Assembly (NCBI GenBank): GCA_037440185.1
Contig: JBBIUP010000001.1
Location: forward strand, 17,729-81,728
Length of the DNA stretch: 64,000 nt
Reading direction: 5' to 3'
Source of the DNA: Meiothermus sp.
GTDB taxonomy: Bacteria > Deinococcota > Deinococci > Deinococcales > Thermaceae
The translations under genes were made by a program, and so were the position numbers. The notes beneath the pieces are model-generated. The model worked only from the letters and a program-made list of their open reading frames with translations. It had not been told where the DNA came from and ran no database searches. Shown here one piece after another: positions 31,620 through 40,377 of this stretch (positions are counted from its first letter, which is position 1; every line of letters starts with the position of its first letter).

Positions 31620-32657
31620 ATGAACAGAGTCAACTCGGTATCAATCCGAGGAAAAAGTAGTACTGTAACTGCCGCCGATGTTGCGAGATTAGCGGGGGTT
31701 TCGGTTAGCACTGTCTCGATGGTTCTAAATGGAAATGGTCGAATTTCTAGTAAAACGATTCAGCAAGTGCGTGCCGCGGCGGCTCTGCTCAACTATGTGC
31801 CCAATGCACAAGCCAGCAGCTTGCGAAAGCAAATCACCCATCGTATCGCCTTGGTAGTGCCTGATATTGGCAACTCGGTCTATGTGGCCATTGCCAAGTC
31901 CATCCAACAAGTAGCCAAGCAGCATGGCTACTATGTCTCGCTGGTCAGTACCGACGGCGTGGAGGGTGCCGATGTGGATGCGTTACTTCTCTTACGCAAC
32001 GGGCACGTGGATGGCATGGTGCTGATTGCTATAAAATCCTCCAAAGAGCTGGAAGAAAACCTGGCCAGGGTCAATAAACCGGTGTGTGTGATCGGACGGG
32101 TTCCAGGCGACCTCGGGGTAGACAATGTACAGGCTAACTCCCTTCAAGGGGTACGACTGGTGGTAGACCATATTTTGTCACTGGGACGCAGGCGGCTGGT
32201 ATTCATCAATGGCCCCCTAAACACCAACCCAGCTATTCAGCGCCTTGAGGGGTATCAGGTAGCCATCCGCACGGCGGGTCTTGAAGAGCGGGTAGTGTAT
32301 GGCGAATTTACCCTCGAGGGCGGCTACGAGGCTGCCGAAGAAGCACTGGGCAAATACCCTGAGGCCGATGCGCTGGTCTGCGCCAACGACCTGATGGGTA
32401 TCGGAGCGCTCCGGCGGCTGCGCCAAGCGGGAGTTCGCGTGCCCCAAGACGTAGCGGTGAGCGGGATGGACGACATCCGCGAATGTGAGATTTGCAGCCC
32501 GGCCCTGACTTCGGTCGCACTGCACGCTGCCGAGCGTGGGCGGATGGCGGCCCAGATGCTGTTTGATCGGCTGAGCGGCGCGTCCACCGGCAGTCCCATC
32601 CGGGCGGTGCTCGAGCCCACCCTGCGCGTGCGTGAATCCACCGGGGGCCAGGCATGA
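31620..32657 (+). CDS. LacI family transcriptional regulator
   Basis: TAADVARLAGVSVSTVSMVLN HTH, YVPNAQASSL, VPQDVAVSGMDD. Confidence 0.95.
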   Translation: MNRVNSVSIRGKSSTVTAADVARLAGVSVSTVSMVLNGNGRISSKTIQQVRAAAALLNYVPNAQASSLRKQITHRIALVVPDIGNSVYVAIAKSIQQVAKQHGYYVSLVSTDGVEGADVDALLLLRNGHVDGMVLIAIKSSKELEENLARVNKPVCVIGRVPGDLGVDNVQANSLQGVRLVVDHILSLGRRRLVFINGPLNTNPAIQRLEGYQVAIRTAGLEERVVYGEFTLEGGYEAAEEALGKYPEADALVCANDLMGIGALRRLRQAGVRVPQDVAVSGMDDIRECEICSPALTSVALHAAERGRMAAQMLFDRLSGASTGSPIRAVLEPTLRVRESTGGQA

Positions 32658-33583
32658 GTCACAACATCCGGCGCTGGACCAGCCACCGCTTGAAAATGGG
32701 TGAAGGGAGGGCCACTGTCTCTTGGTGGCTGTTTTTGCCCAGTATCATTCCAATCTTGCTGTTCTCGGTGCTGCCGCTGTTGCAAGGCATCTATCTGGGA
32801 TTCACCAACTACACCCTGGGAGCCGAGAGCGTGCGTTTTGTGGGGCTGGAAAACTTCAACAAGATGCTGGCCGACCGGCATTTTTGGGCTTCTTTTCGGA
32901 TCGGATTCATCTGGACATTCTGGACCACCCTGGGCGTACTGGTGCTGGGGATGATTCTGGCCATGCTGCTCAACGCCAAACTGCCGTTTCAAGGCCTGGC
33001 CAGGGTGCTGGTTCTGATTCCCTGGGCCATTCCGCCGGTCATCAAGGGTCTGATGTGGCGGATGGTCTACCATCCCGATGCAGGGTTTCTCAACCAATGG
33101 CTGATTGGGCTTGGTTTGATCCAGTTCCCCATCAATATTCTCAACGATTTCACCTGGGCTTTACCCGCCGTGATTGTGGTAGGTATCTGGACCGGTTTAC
33201 CCCAGGCTACAGTGGTCTTCTTGGCAGGGCTGCAATCCATTCCGGATGAGCTCAAGGAGGCTGCAATGCTGGACGGCGCAGGCAGCTGGAGTGTATTTCG
33301 GCATGTCACTTTGCCCCTGATGATTCCGGTGATTGTGGCAATAGCGGCCTTGGAGTTAATGTGGAACTTCAACTCCTTCGGGCTGGTGTACGTGCTCACC
33401 GAGGGTGGCCCTGCTGGAAGCACCAAACTACCAATGCTGCTGGCCTACGAGGAAGCCTTCAGCTTCGGCAACATCGCTTATGCCTCGGCACTGGGCATCG
33501 CCCTGGTTTTGATTGTCGGGGTGCTGGTCTTCTTCATCGTGCGCAACCAGTACGCCAACGCTGGGATGGGTAGGGCCCGATAA
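32654..33583 (+). CDS. Carbohydrate ABC transporter permease
   Basis: FVGLENF, AGLQSIPDELKEAAMLDGA EAA loop. Confidence 0.93.
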   Translation: MSHNIRRWTSHRLKMGEGRATVSWWLFLPSIIPILLFSVLPLLQGIYLGFTNYTLGAESVRFVGLENFNKMLADRHFWASFRIGFIWTFWTTLGVLVLGMILAMLLNAKLPFQGLARVLVLIPWAIPPVIKGLMWRMVYHPDAGFLNQWLIGLGLIQFPINILNDFTWALPAVIVVGIWTGLPQATVVFLAGLQSIPDELKEAAMLDGAGSWSVFRHVTLPLMIPVIVAIAALELMWNFNSFGLVYVLTEGGPAGSTKLPMLLAYEEAFSFGNIAYASALGIALVLIVGVLVFFIVRNQYANAGMGRAR

Positions 33584-34428
33584 TGCTTAGTCATCGCTTG
33601 CAAAACCGCCTGGCCCGCTTTGGGATGAGTCTGCTGTTGCTGGCTTTTATTATCTTTCTGGCCTTTCCGGTGGTCTGGCTAACCTCGACTGCATTTAAGC
33701 CTGCCCGTGAAATTGGCTTGCAGAACCCCAATCTGATTCCACAACAGGCCACCCTGGAGAACTTCAAAGTAGCCATAGAAGACCAAAAAGTATTGCAGAG
33801 TGCTTTCAACACGCTTAAAATCGCGGTGATCTCAGCATTGCTGACCTTGCTGGTAGCTTTACCAGCAGCTTATCTGCTGGCACGGCAGCGTTCGCGCATG
33901 AACCGAGCCGTCACCATCTGGATTCTGGTCTCCCAGACTTTCCCCCTGATTTTGATCATCGTGCCGCTGTTCTTGATTTTGAGCCGTCTGGGGTTGGTAA
34001 ACACCCACACCGGGCTGATTCTGGTGTATGTGGTTTGGAGCCTGCCCTTTGTGCTGTGGATGCTCCAGGGCTATGTGCGAGGGATTCCAGTACAACTCGA
34101 GGAAGCTGCCGCCGTAGATGGAGCCAGCCAGTTCGACATCCTGTCTAAAATTATCCTGCCACTGCTGCTGCCAGGACTCATCGCCACTGGGCTATATGCC
34201 TTTGTGAATACATGGAACGAGTTCTTTTTTGCTCTGGTGATGCTCAAATCACCCGACCTGGTAACGCTACAGGTCAACCTGGCTCGATTGCGTGGGGTTG
34301 AGGGGCTGGCCCGTTGGGGACCGCTGGCAGCAGGAAGCCTGATTGCTATCATCCCCACCTTGATTGTTTTTGGTTTCATGCAGCGCCGTCTGGTAGGTGG
34401 ATTTCTGGCAGGGAGTGTAAAGGAATAG
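33583..34428 (+). CDS. Carbohydrate ABC transporter permease
   Basis: IPVQLEEAAAVDGAS, WNEFFFA, GSVK. Confidence 0.93.
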   Translation: MLSHRLQNRLARFGMSLLLLAFIIFLAFPVVWLTSTAFKPAREIGLQNPNLIPQQATLENFKVAIEDQKVLQSAFNTLKIAVISALLTLLVALPAAYLLARQRSRMNRAVTIWILVSQTFPLILIIVPLFLILSRLGLVNTHTGLILVYVVWSLPFVLWMLQGYVRGIPVQLEEAAAVDGASQFDILSKIILPLLLPGLIATGLYAFVNTWNEFFFALVMLKSPDLVTLQVNLARLRGVEGLARWGPLAAGSLIAIIPTLIVFGFMQRRLVGGFLAGSVKE

Positions 34429-34472
34429 CTATCTACCTCTGGTAGTGAAGTGGCATCCAAAGGAGGAAGCGT

Positions 34473-35735
34473 ATGGGCAAAGGTTGGTTGATATGGATCA
34501 TAGCGCTGCTGGGGATGGGCATGGCCCAACCAGCACAGCCGATCAAACTGCGGTTTGTCAGTCTGGCTTGGCAGACCGAGGCTGTGAAGGCTGTAAGAGA
34601 AGTGGTAGCAGACTGGAATGCCCGCAACCCACGCATCCAGGTGGAATATCAGCAAGTGGATTGGAACTCGATTCAGGACTACCTGACCACCTCGTTCCAG
34701 GCCAGAAATGTTCCCGATGTGTTCCACTACGAGTCCAATCCCGTACTGGACTTTGCCAACCGGGGCTTCTTGGTTAACCTCGCACCGCTGATCTCTGCTG
34801 AGATGAGACAAGATATCCTGCCAGGTGCGTGGCAAACCGTTAGCAACAGCAAGGGGGAAATTTACGGCATACCCTTCTTGATGGAGCCGCTGATTGTGCT
34901 GTATAACAAAAAGCTCTTCACCCAAGCAGGTATTCCCTTGCCCAAGGATGGCGACGTCTGGACCTGGGATGACCTAAGACGTGCTGCCAAGACCCTCACG
35001 ACCGGGCAGCAGTTCGGCTGTGCCATTGGGCTGCGAAATGCGGGTAACCGCATCCTCAACCTCAGTGTGGGTTTTGGGGGTGATTACTTCAACAAAGTTG
35101 GCGAGCGCTTCACGGTAAAGGTTGGCAATGAAGAGCGCCAGCTTCTCAGCACCATTCTGGCTATGCTCTACGAGGACAAAAGTTGCTCTACTGATGGGTT
35201 GGGCTTGAGTGGCACCGAGCTAATCCCTGGTTTCCTGGCAGGCAAATACGCCATGATTCCGGGAGTAGGGGCTTTTGTGCGCCAACAAATTATCGAGAAA
35301 GCACCCGCCGGATTTAGCTGGGGTGTGCTGCCTCCTCTGAAGGCCAGAACCCAAAACCAGGGCAGCGTTTCACAAACCCTCAGCATCCCCAAAGATTCCA
35401 GATATCCTCTCGAGGCGATGCAATTCATCAACTTTATGATGAACCGGGGCAACATGGCCAAGCTCGCAGCGGGCGACTGGCTGATTCCCACCCGCCGCAC
35501 CAGCACCCTGCTCCCACCCTTTGGCACCAACGCCAACGGCTGGCGTACTTCGGTCGAAGCTACCAGGTTCCTGACCTTCCCACTCTGGCAACAAGTCAAC
35601 GGTATCGCCGAAATTCGCAGCCGGGTCTTAAATCCCAAGCTACAACTGCTCTTTGCCAACCGCCTATCGCTGGACGACTTTGCCAGGCAAGTTGAGTCCG
35701 AAGGCAACGAAATCCTTAAGAAATACTATCCATAA
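34473..35735 (+). CDS. Sugar ABC transporter substrate-binding protein
   Basis: Signal peptide (GMA|Q), PDVF, YGIPF, YNKKLF, WTWDDL. Confidence 0.9.
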   Translation: MGKGWLIWIIALLGMGMAQPAQPIKLRFVSLAWQTEAVKAVREVVADWNARNPRIQVEYQQVDWNSIQDYLTTSFQARNVPDVFHYESNPVLDFANRGFLVNLAPLISAEMRQDILPGAWQTVSNSKGEIYGIPFLMEPLIVLYNKKLFTQAGIPLPKDGDVWTWDDLRRAAKTLTTGQQFGCAIGLRNAGNRILNLSVGFGGDYFNKVGERFTVKVGNEERQLLSTILAMLYEDKSCSTDGLGLSGTELIPGFLAGKYAMIPGVGAFVRQQIIEKAPAGFSWGVLPPLKARTQNQGSVSQTLSIPKDSRYPLEAMQFINFMMNRGNMAKLAAGDWLIPTRRTSTLLPPFGTNANGWRTSVEATRFLTFPLWQQVNGIAEIRSRVLNPKLQLLFANRLSLDDFARQVESEGNEILKKYYP

Positions 35736-35743
35736 ATAAAACC

Positions 35744-35767
35744 GGTTGGGGGCTTCTGCCCCCAACC
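35744..35767. terminator. Intra-operon hairpin after the SBP gene
   Basis: GGTTGGGGGC-TTCT-GCCCCCAACC; no U-tract, so more likely an mRNA stabiliser. Confidence 0.55.
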
Positions 35768-35783
35768 CTACGAAGGGGTTGCG

Positions 35784-36926
35784 ATGGCATCGAGTATTTG
35801 GGATGGGGCCAGGGGCTGCATCTACGGAGGTGCAGTGGGGGACGCAATGGGGGGTTCTACCGAAGGCTACACCCCAGAGGCCATTCAGAAGCGTTTTGGG
35901 GGCTACGTTAGCGACTTTGTGGGCCCATTCAACGAAAACTGGCAGACAGCTCGCCCGCATGCTCCCTTTCACAAAGGCGATGGCCATATCACTGACGACA
36001 CCCATATGGTACTGGCCCTCAGCAAGGTGTATGCCCAGGTGCGTGACCACCTTGACGCCTACCATATCGCCGATCTGTTGGTATCGGAGATTGCTGACTC
36101 GATAACTTATATACCGGAACTCGAGCGCGAAACCGTGTTGCTGAACCGGCTCTTTCTGGCCGAGAAATACCTGGTTTTGCGCCTGCGGCATGCCCATGCC
36201 GATCCACGCGAGGCTGGGGTGGGAAACATTGTGAACTGTGGAGCGGCTATGTACATGACTCCGGTGGGCATCGTAAACGCAGGAAACCCGCAGGGTGCTT
36301 ACCGCGAAGCAATCGAAATTGCAGGTGCCCATCAGAGCAGCTATGGACGCGAGGCCGCAGCAGTCATGGCCGCAGCAGTGGCAGCCGCGCTGAAGCCCAG
36401 AGCCACCATTGATTCGGTAATACAAACAGTTCTGGCGCTCGCCCAGGATGGTACCAAAGAGGCCATTAAGGCCACCACAGATGCTGCAAAAAACTGTGGC
36501 GATTGGAAGCAGGCCATTCCGATTCTGCGCGAGGCTATTCGACCGTACGACACTGTGGGCGAGAACTACCGCGAGCCCGCCCTGGATGCTCGCAAGCCTG
36601 CCCGCACCAAAGCCATCGAGGAGCTTCCAGTTGCACTGGGAATGCTGGTGGCGACCAAGGGCAGCTACACCGACACCGTCTTAGGCGGGGTCAACTACGG
36701 GCGCGACTCCGACAGCATCGCCAGTATGGGCGGCGCTATTGCAGGCGCCTTGGGTGGCGAGAGGGTTGTGCCCAAAGCGTGGATAGACCGTGTAGCGACT
36801 GCAAGCCACAAAGACTTCCAGGCAGCAGCAGATGGACTGGCCAGGGTAGCCCTGGAAGTTCTGGAGAAGGACCGCAAGCGCTACCAAGAACGCCTCGAGA
36901 GCTTTCCGCAAGGAGTCGAAACTTGA
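35784..36926 (+). CDS. ADP-ribosylglycohydrolase (DraG/ARH) family protein 1
   Basis: GDAMG, TDDT, NCGAAM, GRDSDSIASMGGAIAGA. Confidence 0.9.
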   Translation: MASSIWDGARGCIYGGAVGDAMGGSTEGYTPEAIQKRFGGYVSDFVGPFNENWQTARPHAPFHKGDGHITDDTHMVLALSKVYAQVRDHLDAYHIADLLVSEIADSITYIPELERETVLLNRLFLAEKYLVLRLRHAHADPREAGVGNIVNCGAAMYMTPVGIVNAGNPQGAYREAIEIAGAHQSSYGREAAAVMAAAVAAALKPRATIDSVIQTVLALAQDGTKEAIKATTDAAKNCGDWKQAIPILREAIRPYDTVGENYREPALDARKPARTKAIEELPVALGMLVATKGSYTDTVLGGVNYGRDSDSIASMGGAIAGALGGERVVPKAWIDRVATASHKDFQAAADGLARVALEVLEKDRKRYQERLESFPQGVET

Positions 36927-38233
36927 GCATCCGCATCACCTGGCTCAATCCTGTCGAGCGGTTTGGGCACGAGTTACGGCAATTGCGCGAGGAGGGTGCT
37001 GTTTTTGGGGAACTCGAGCAGTCCTGGGCAGCCCTCTCCAGCCACGAACAGCAAGAGCGAGCACTCGAGTTTCTGGCTCGAGCCGAGGAAATCTCATCTA
37101 CGGTTCAGAAAGTAGCACTGCGCGAGCGGTTTGTTGAAAACTTAGCAGGAGGGTCGAAGCGGCAATTCTCGAGCGGTGAACTCCGCAATCAACTCCACGC
37201 CGCTTGGCTGGGCCGGGCGGCGGGTTGTCTGCTGGGCAAGCCGGTGGAAAAAGTGCCCCGGGAAGGAATCCGCACGATCCTGGAAAGTACAGGTGAATAT
37301 CCGTTGTCTCAATACTTCACGGCCAGGGACGTGCCACCCGAGGTCACCGAGCGCTACCCCTGGAACCGTGCCAGCCGCCCCACCAGCCTGCGCGAGAACA
37401 TCGTTTGCATGCCCGAGGACGACGACCTCAATTACACGATGTTGAATCTTGCGGTGGTGGAGCGCTTTGGAGCAGACTTCAGCAGCGAGAACGTGGCCCA
37501 GACCTGGCTCGAGATGATGCCTGTCCTGACCGTTTTCACCGCCGAACGTGTGGCCTATCTCAACCTGTTGAACTATTACACCCCACCTCAGACCGCCGTT
37601 CACCAAAACCCGTACCGTGAGTGGATCGGGGCGCAGATTCGCGCCGACCTGTGGGGCTATATGCATCCTGGCAACCCCGCGGCAGCAGCCAAGGCAGCCT
37701 TCCGGGATGCTCGCTTGAGTCACGTCGAGAATGGTATTTTTGGTGAGATGATGGTGGCCGCTATGGTAGCTGAGGCTTTTGTGGCCAACAATGTCGCGCA
37801 GATCATTCAAGCCGGGCAGAAAGTAATCCCCAGCGATTCACGTCTAGCCCAGGCCATTGAGCAAACAGTCCAACTAGACCCCCTTAATCAGCCCTGGGAA
37901 ACTACCCTCGACGCACTGTACGCCAACCTGGGGCACTACCACTGGGTGCATACCATTAACAATGCTGCGCTGGTGGTAGCCGCGCTGATCTATGGTCAAG
38001 GCGATTACCAGCGATCTATCACCGCTGCCGTGATGGGGGGTTGGGATACCGACTGCAACGGGGCTACGGTGGGCAGCATTGTGGGCTTGATGAACCGTGC
38101 CGTGCCGCAGAAGTGGACCATACCCCTCCACAACCAAGTGCGCACCAGCCTCAAGGGCTTTGATCACAGTAGCTTTGACGGGCTGGCACAAAGAACCCTG
38201 AATATCATTCCAATGCACTACATACGAACATGA
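36923..38233 (+). CDS. ADP-ribosylglycohydrolase family protein 2
   Basis: GCLLGKPVE, PEDDDLNY, IGAQIRAD, GWDTDCNGAT; TTG start overlapping the previous stop, AGGAG RBS. Confidence 0.9.
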   Translation: MSIRITWLNPVERFGHELRQLREEGAVFGELEQSWAALSSHEQQERALEFLARAEEISSTVQKVALRERFVENLAGGSKRQFSSGELRNQLHAAWLGRAAGCLLGKPVEKVPREGIRTILESTGEYPLSQYFTARDVPPEVTERYPWNRASRPTSLRENIVCMPEDDDLNYTMLNLAVVERFGADFSSENVAQTWLEMMPVLTVFTAERVAYLNLLNYYTPPQTAVHQNPYREWIGAQIRADLWGYMHPGNPAAAAKAAFRDARLSHVENGIFGEMMVAAMVAEAFVANNVAQIIQAGQKVIPSDSRLAQAIEQTVQLDPLNQPWETTLDALYANLGHYHWVHTINNAALVVAALIYGQGDYQRSITAAVMGGWDTDCNGATVGSIVGLMNRAVPQKWTIPLHNQVRTSLKGFDHSSFDGLAQRTLNIIPMHYIRT

Positions 38234-39084
38234 GCAAAGTGATGTTGTTTGTCCCGGCCAGCGACGAGCGAAAGCTCGAGAAGATCCTTTCGCTCAATGC
38301 GTCTGCCTTCTTGATTGACCTCGAGGACGGTGTAGCGGAAGGGCAGAAAGAGGCAGCACGAAATCTGTTGGAGCAGTTCGCCCCCAAGCTCTACCCACAA
38401 AAACCCTGCTGGGTGCGGGTGAACGCCCTCGAGACCCTGCATTTCTTCCACGACTTCGCCAGCGCCGTTCAGCCTGGATTGTTGGGCATCAATATACCGA
38501 AGGTTGAAAGTGCCTTGCAGCTTCAGATCGCCGACTGGTATCTGGGCCAGCTCGAGCGCACCCAAAATATGCCGGTGGGTTGGGTACGGCTGATGGCGAC
38601 GGTGGAGACTGCCAGGGGTCTCGAGGCCGTCCTCGAGATTGCATCGGCTTCCCCCCGCCTCCTGTGTCTCTGCTTTGGCAATGCTGACTACAGCCGTGAC
38701 CTAGGGCTGGACTGGCCCGCTCCTGATGGCGTAACCTATCCAGCCATCACGGCGGCCAAAGTACGGCTGGTGCAGGTCTCGGCTATGGCCAGGTTAGAAG
38801 CCCCACACGACGGGGCCTCGGCGGAGTTCAGAAACCTCGAGGCCTTGGAGCGCGAAACCCAGGCCGCCAAGCTGATTGGCTTTGGCGGGAAGCACGCCAT
38901 TCACCCTGCTCAGCTACCGGTGCTCGAGCAGGTTTTTCGGCCCACTCAAACTCAGATTGCGTGGGCAAAACGGGTGCTCGAGTACCATCAGCAGCACCCC
39001 CAGCAGGGCGCGTTTCAACTGGAGGGACGCATGGTGGATGCCCCGGTTATTGCCAGAGCACGGCAGATTCTGGAAGAAGAATAG
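38230..39084 (+). CDS. HpcH/HpaI aldolase / citrate lyase beta (CitE) family CoA-ester lyase
   Basis: LFVPA, DLEDGV, VRVN, VETARG, GFGGKHAIHP, GRMVDAP. Confidence 0.9.
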   Translation: MSKVMLFVPASDERKLEKILSLNASAFLIDLEDGVAEGQKEAARNLLEQFAPKLYPQKPCWVRVNALETLHFFHDFASAVQPGLLGINIPKVESALQLQIADWYLGQLERTQNMPVGWVRLMATVETARGLEAVLEIASASPRLLCLCFGNADYSRDLGLDWPAPDGVTYPAITAAKVRLVQVSAMARLEAPHDGASAEFRNLEALERETQAAKLIGFGGKHAIHPAQLPVLEQVFRPTQTQIAWAKRVLEYHQQHPQQGAFQLEGRMVDAPVIARARQILEEE

Positions 39085-39201
39085 CCATGCACTGGCTCGG
39101 GTTCTTTGCCCCGCCTTGATAAACGACTTGCCGAAGCTCCCTCAGAGCCAATTCCAAGAGATCAACACAAAAAAACTGCAACAATAGTTTACCCCGATCC
39201 T

Positions 39202-40377
39202 ATGGAGACCCCGAATCCTCCTCTCCAGCACCTTAAAGTGCTCGACCTCTCGAGCCTTTACGCCGGTCCACTAATTGCCACCAATCTCGGCGACTTTGGG
39301 GCCGAGGTCATCAAAGTCGAACATCCGCGCGGCGACGATGCCCGGCGCTGGGGTCTTAGCAAAAACGGGGTACCGCTGTGGTGGAAAGTGATCTCGCGTA
39401 ACAAGCGCCTCATCACCCTGGATTTGCACGAACCAGAAGCCCAGCAGAAAGTGCGAGCACTTTACCGCTGGGCCGATGTGGTCGTTGAGAACTTCCGGCC
39501 TGGGCGATTGGAGCAATGGGGTCTGGGCTTTGCCGACCTACAGAAGGTCAACCCCAGGGCAATCATGGTACGGGTAACCGGCTTTGGTCAGACTGGGCCA
39601 AGGGCTTCGCAGCCGGGATTTGGCACACTGGCCGAGGCTTTCTCAGGATTCGCCTACATCACCGGACAACCCGATGGCCCCCCGACCCTGCCCCCCTTCG
39701 GACTGGCCGATGGCGTGGCGGCCCTGGCCGGAACCTACGCGGTGATGATGGCACTGTACTGGCGCGATGCAAAAGGTGGCAACCAGGGTCAGTACATAGA
39801 TTTGAGTTTGTACGAACCACTATTCAACATCCTGGGGCCACAAGCCATCGAATATACCCAGACCGGTACCGTGCAACAGCGCCAGGGCAACCGCTCCAAG
39901 CGCACCTCACCGCGCAATACCTACTTGACCAAAGACGGGCACTGGGTAGCCCTCTCGGGGGGAACGCAGCAGGTTGTAGATCGCATGTACCAGGTGATTG
40001 GACGGCCTGAACTCTCGCAGGATCCACGTTACAACAATGCTAGGGGAAGGCTCGAGCACGCCGATGAGATTGATAGCTGGATAGCCGACTGGATTGGGGG
40101 ACACAACCTCGAGGAAGTCCTGAGACGTTTCGAAGAGATCGAAGCACCCGTCGCACCCATCCATTCCATCGCCCAAATCTTGCAGGATCCACAATATCTT
40201 GCACGGCAGTCTTTTCTCGAAGTGTCCGATGAAGACCTGGGTTCGGTAATCATGCAAAATGTAGTCCCCCATCTAAGTTTGACCCCCGGCATCATTCATC
40301 ATCCTGGCCCCACTACGCCCAATCGCGATGCGGAATATGTTGAGGCCATCATCCACCAATTCCAGGAGTCACCATGA
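39202..40377 (+). CDS. CaiB/BaiF family III CoA-transferase
   Basis: VLDLS, DFGAEVIKVE, RNKR, ENFRPG, GFGQTGP. Confidence 0.92.
   Translation: METPNPPLQHLKVLDLSSLYAGPLIATNLGDFGAEVIKVEHPRGDDARRWGLSKNGVPLWWKVISRNKRLITLDLHEPEAQQKVRALYRWADVVVENFRPGRLEQWGLGFADLQKVNPRAIMVRVTGFGQTGPRASQPGFGTLAEAFSGFAYITGQPDGPPTLPPFGLADGVAALAGTYAVMMALYWRDAKGGNQGQYIDLSLYEPLFNILGPQAIEYTQTGTVQQRQGNRSKRTSPRNTYLTKDGHWVALSGGTQQVVDRMYQVIGRPELSQDPRYNNARGRLEHADEIDSWIADWIGGHNLEEVLRRFEEIEAPVAPIHSIAQILQDPQYLARQSFLEVSDEDLGSVIMQNVVPHLSLTPGIIHHPGPTTPNRDAEYVEAIIHQFQESP

Noticed and set aside
36503-36922. 140-aa N-terminal extension of ARH2
   Set aside because: It overlaps ARH1 in another frame; TTG 36923 with AGGAG is the plausible start.
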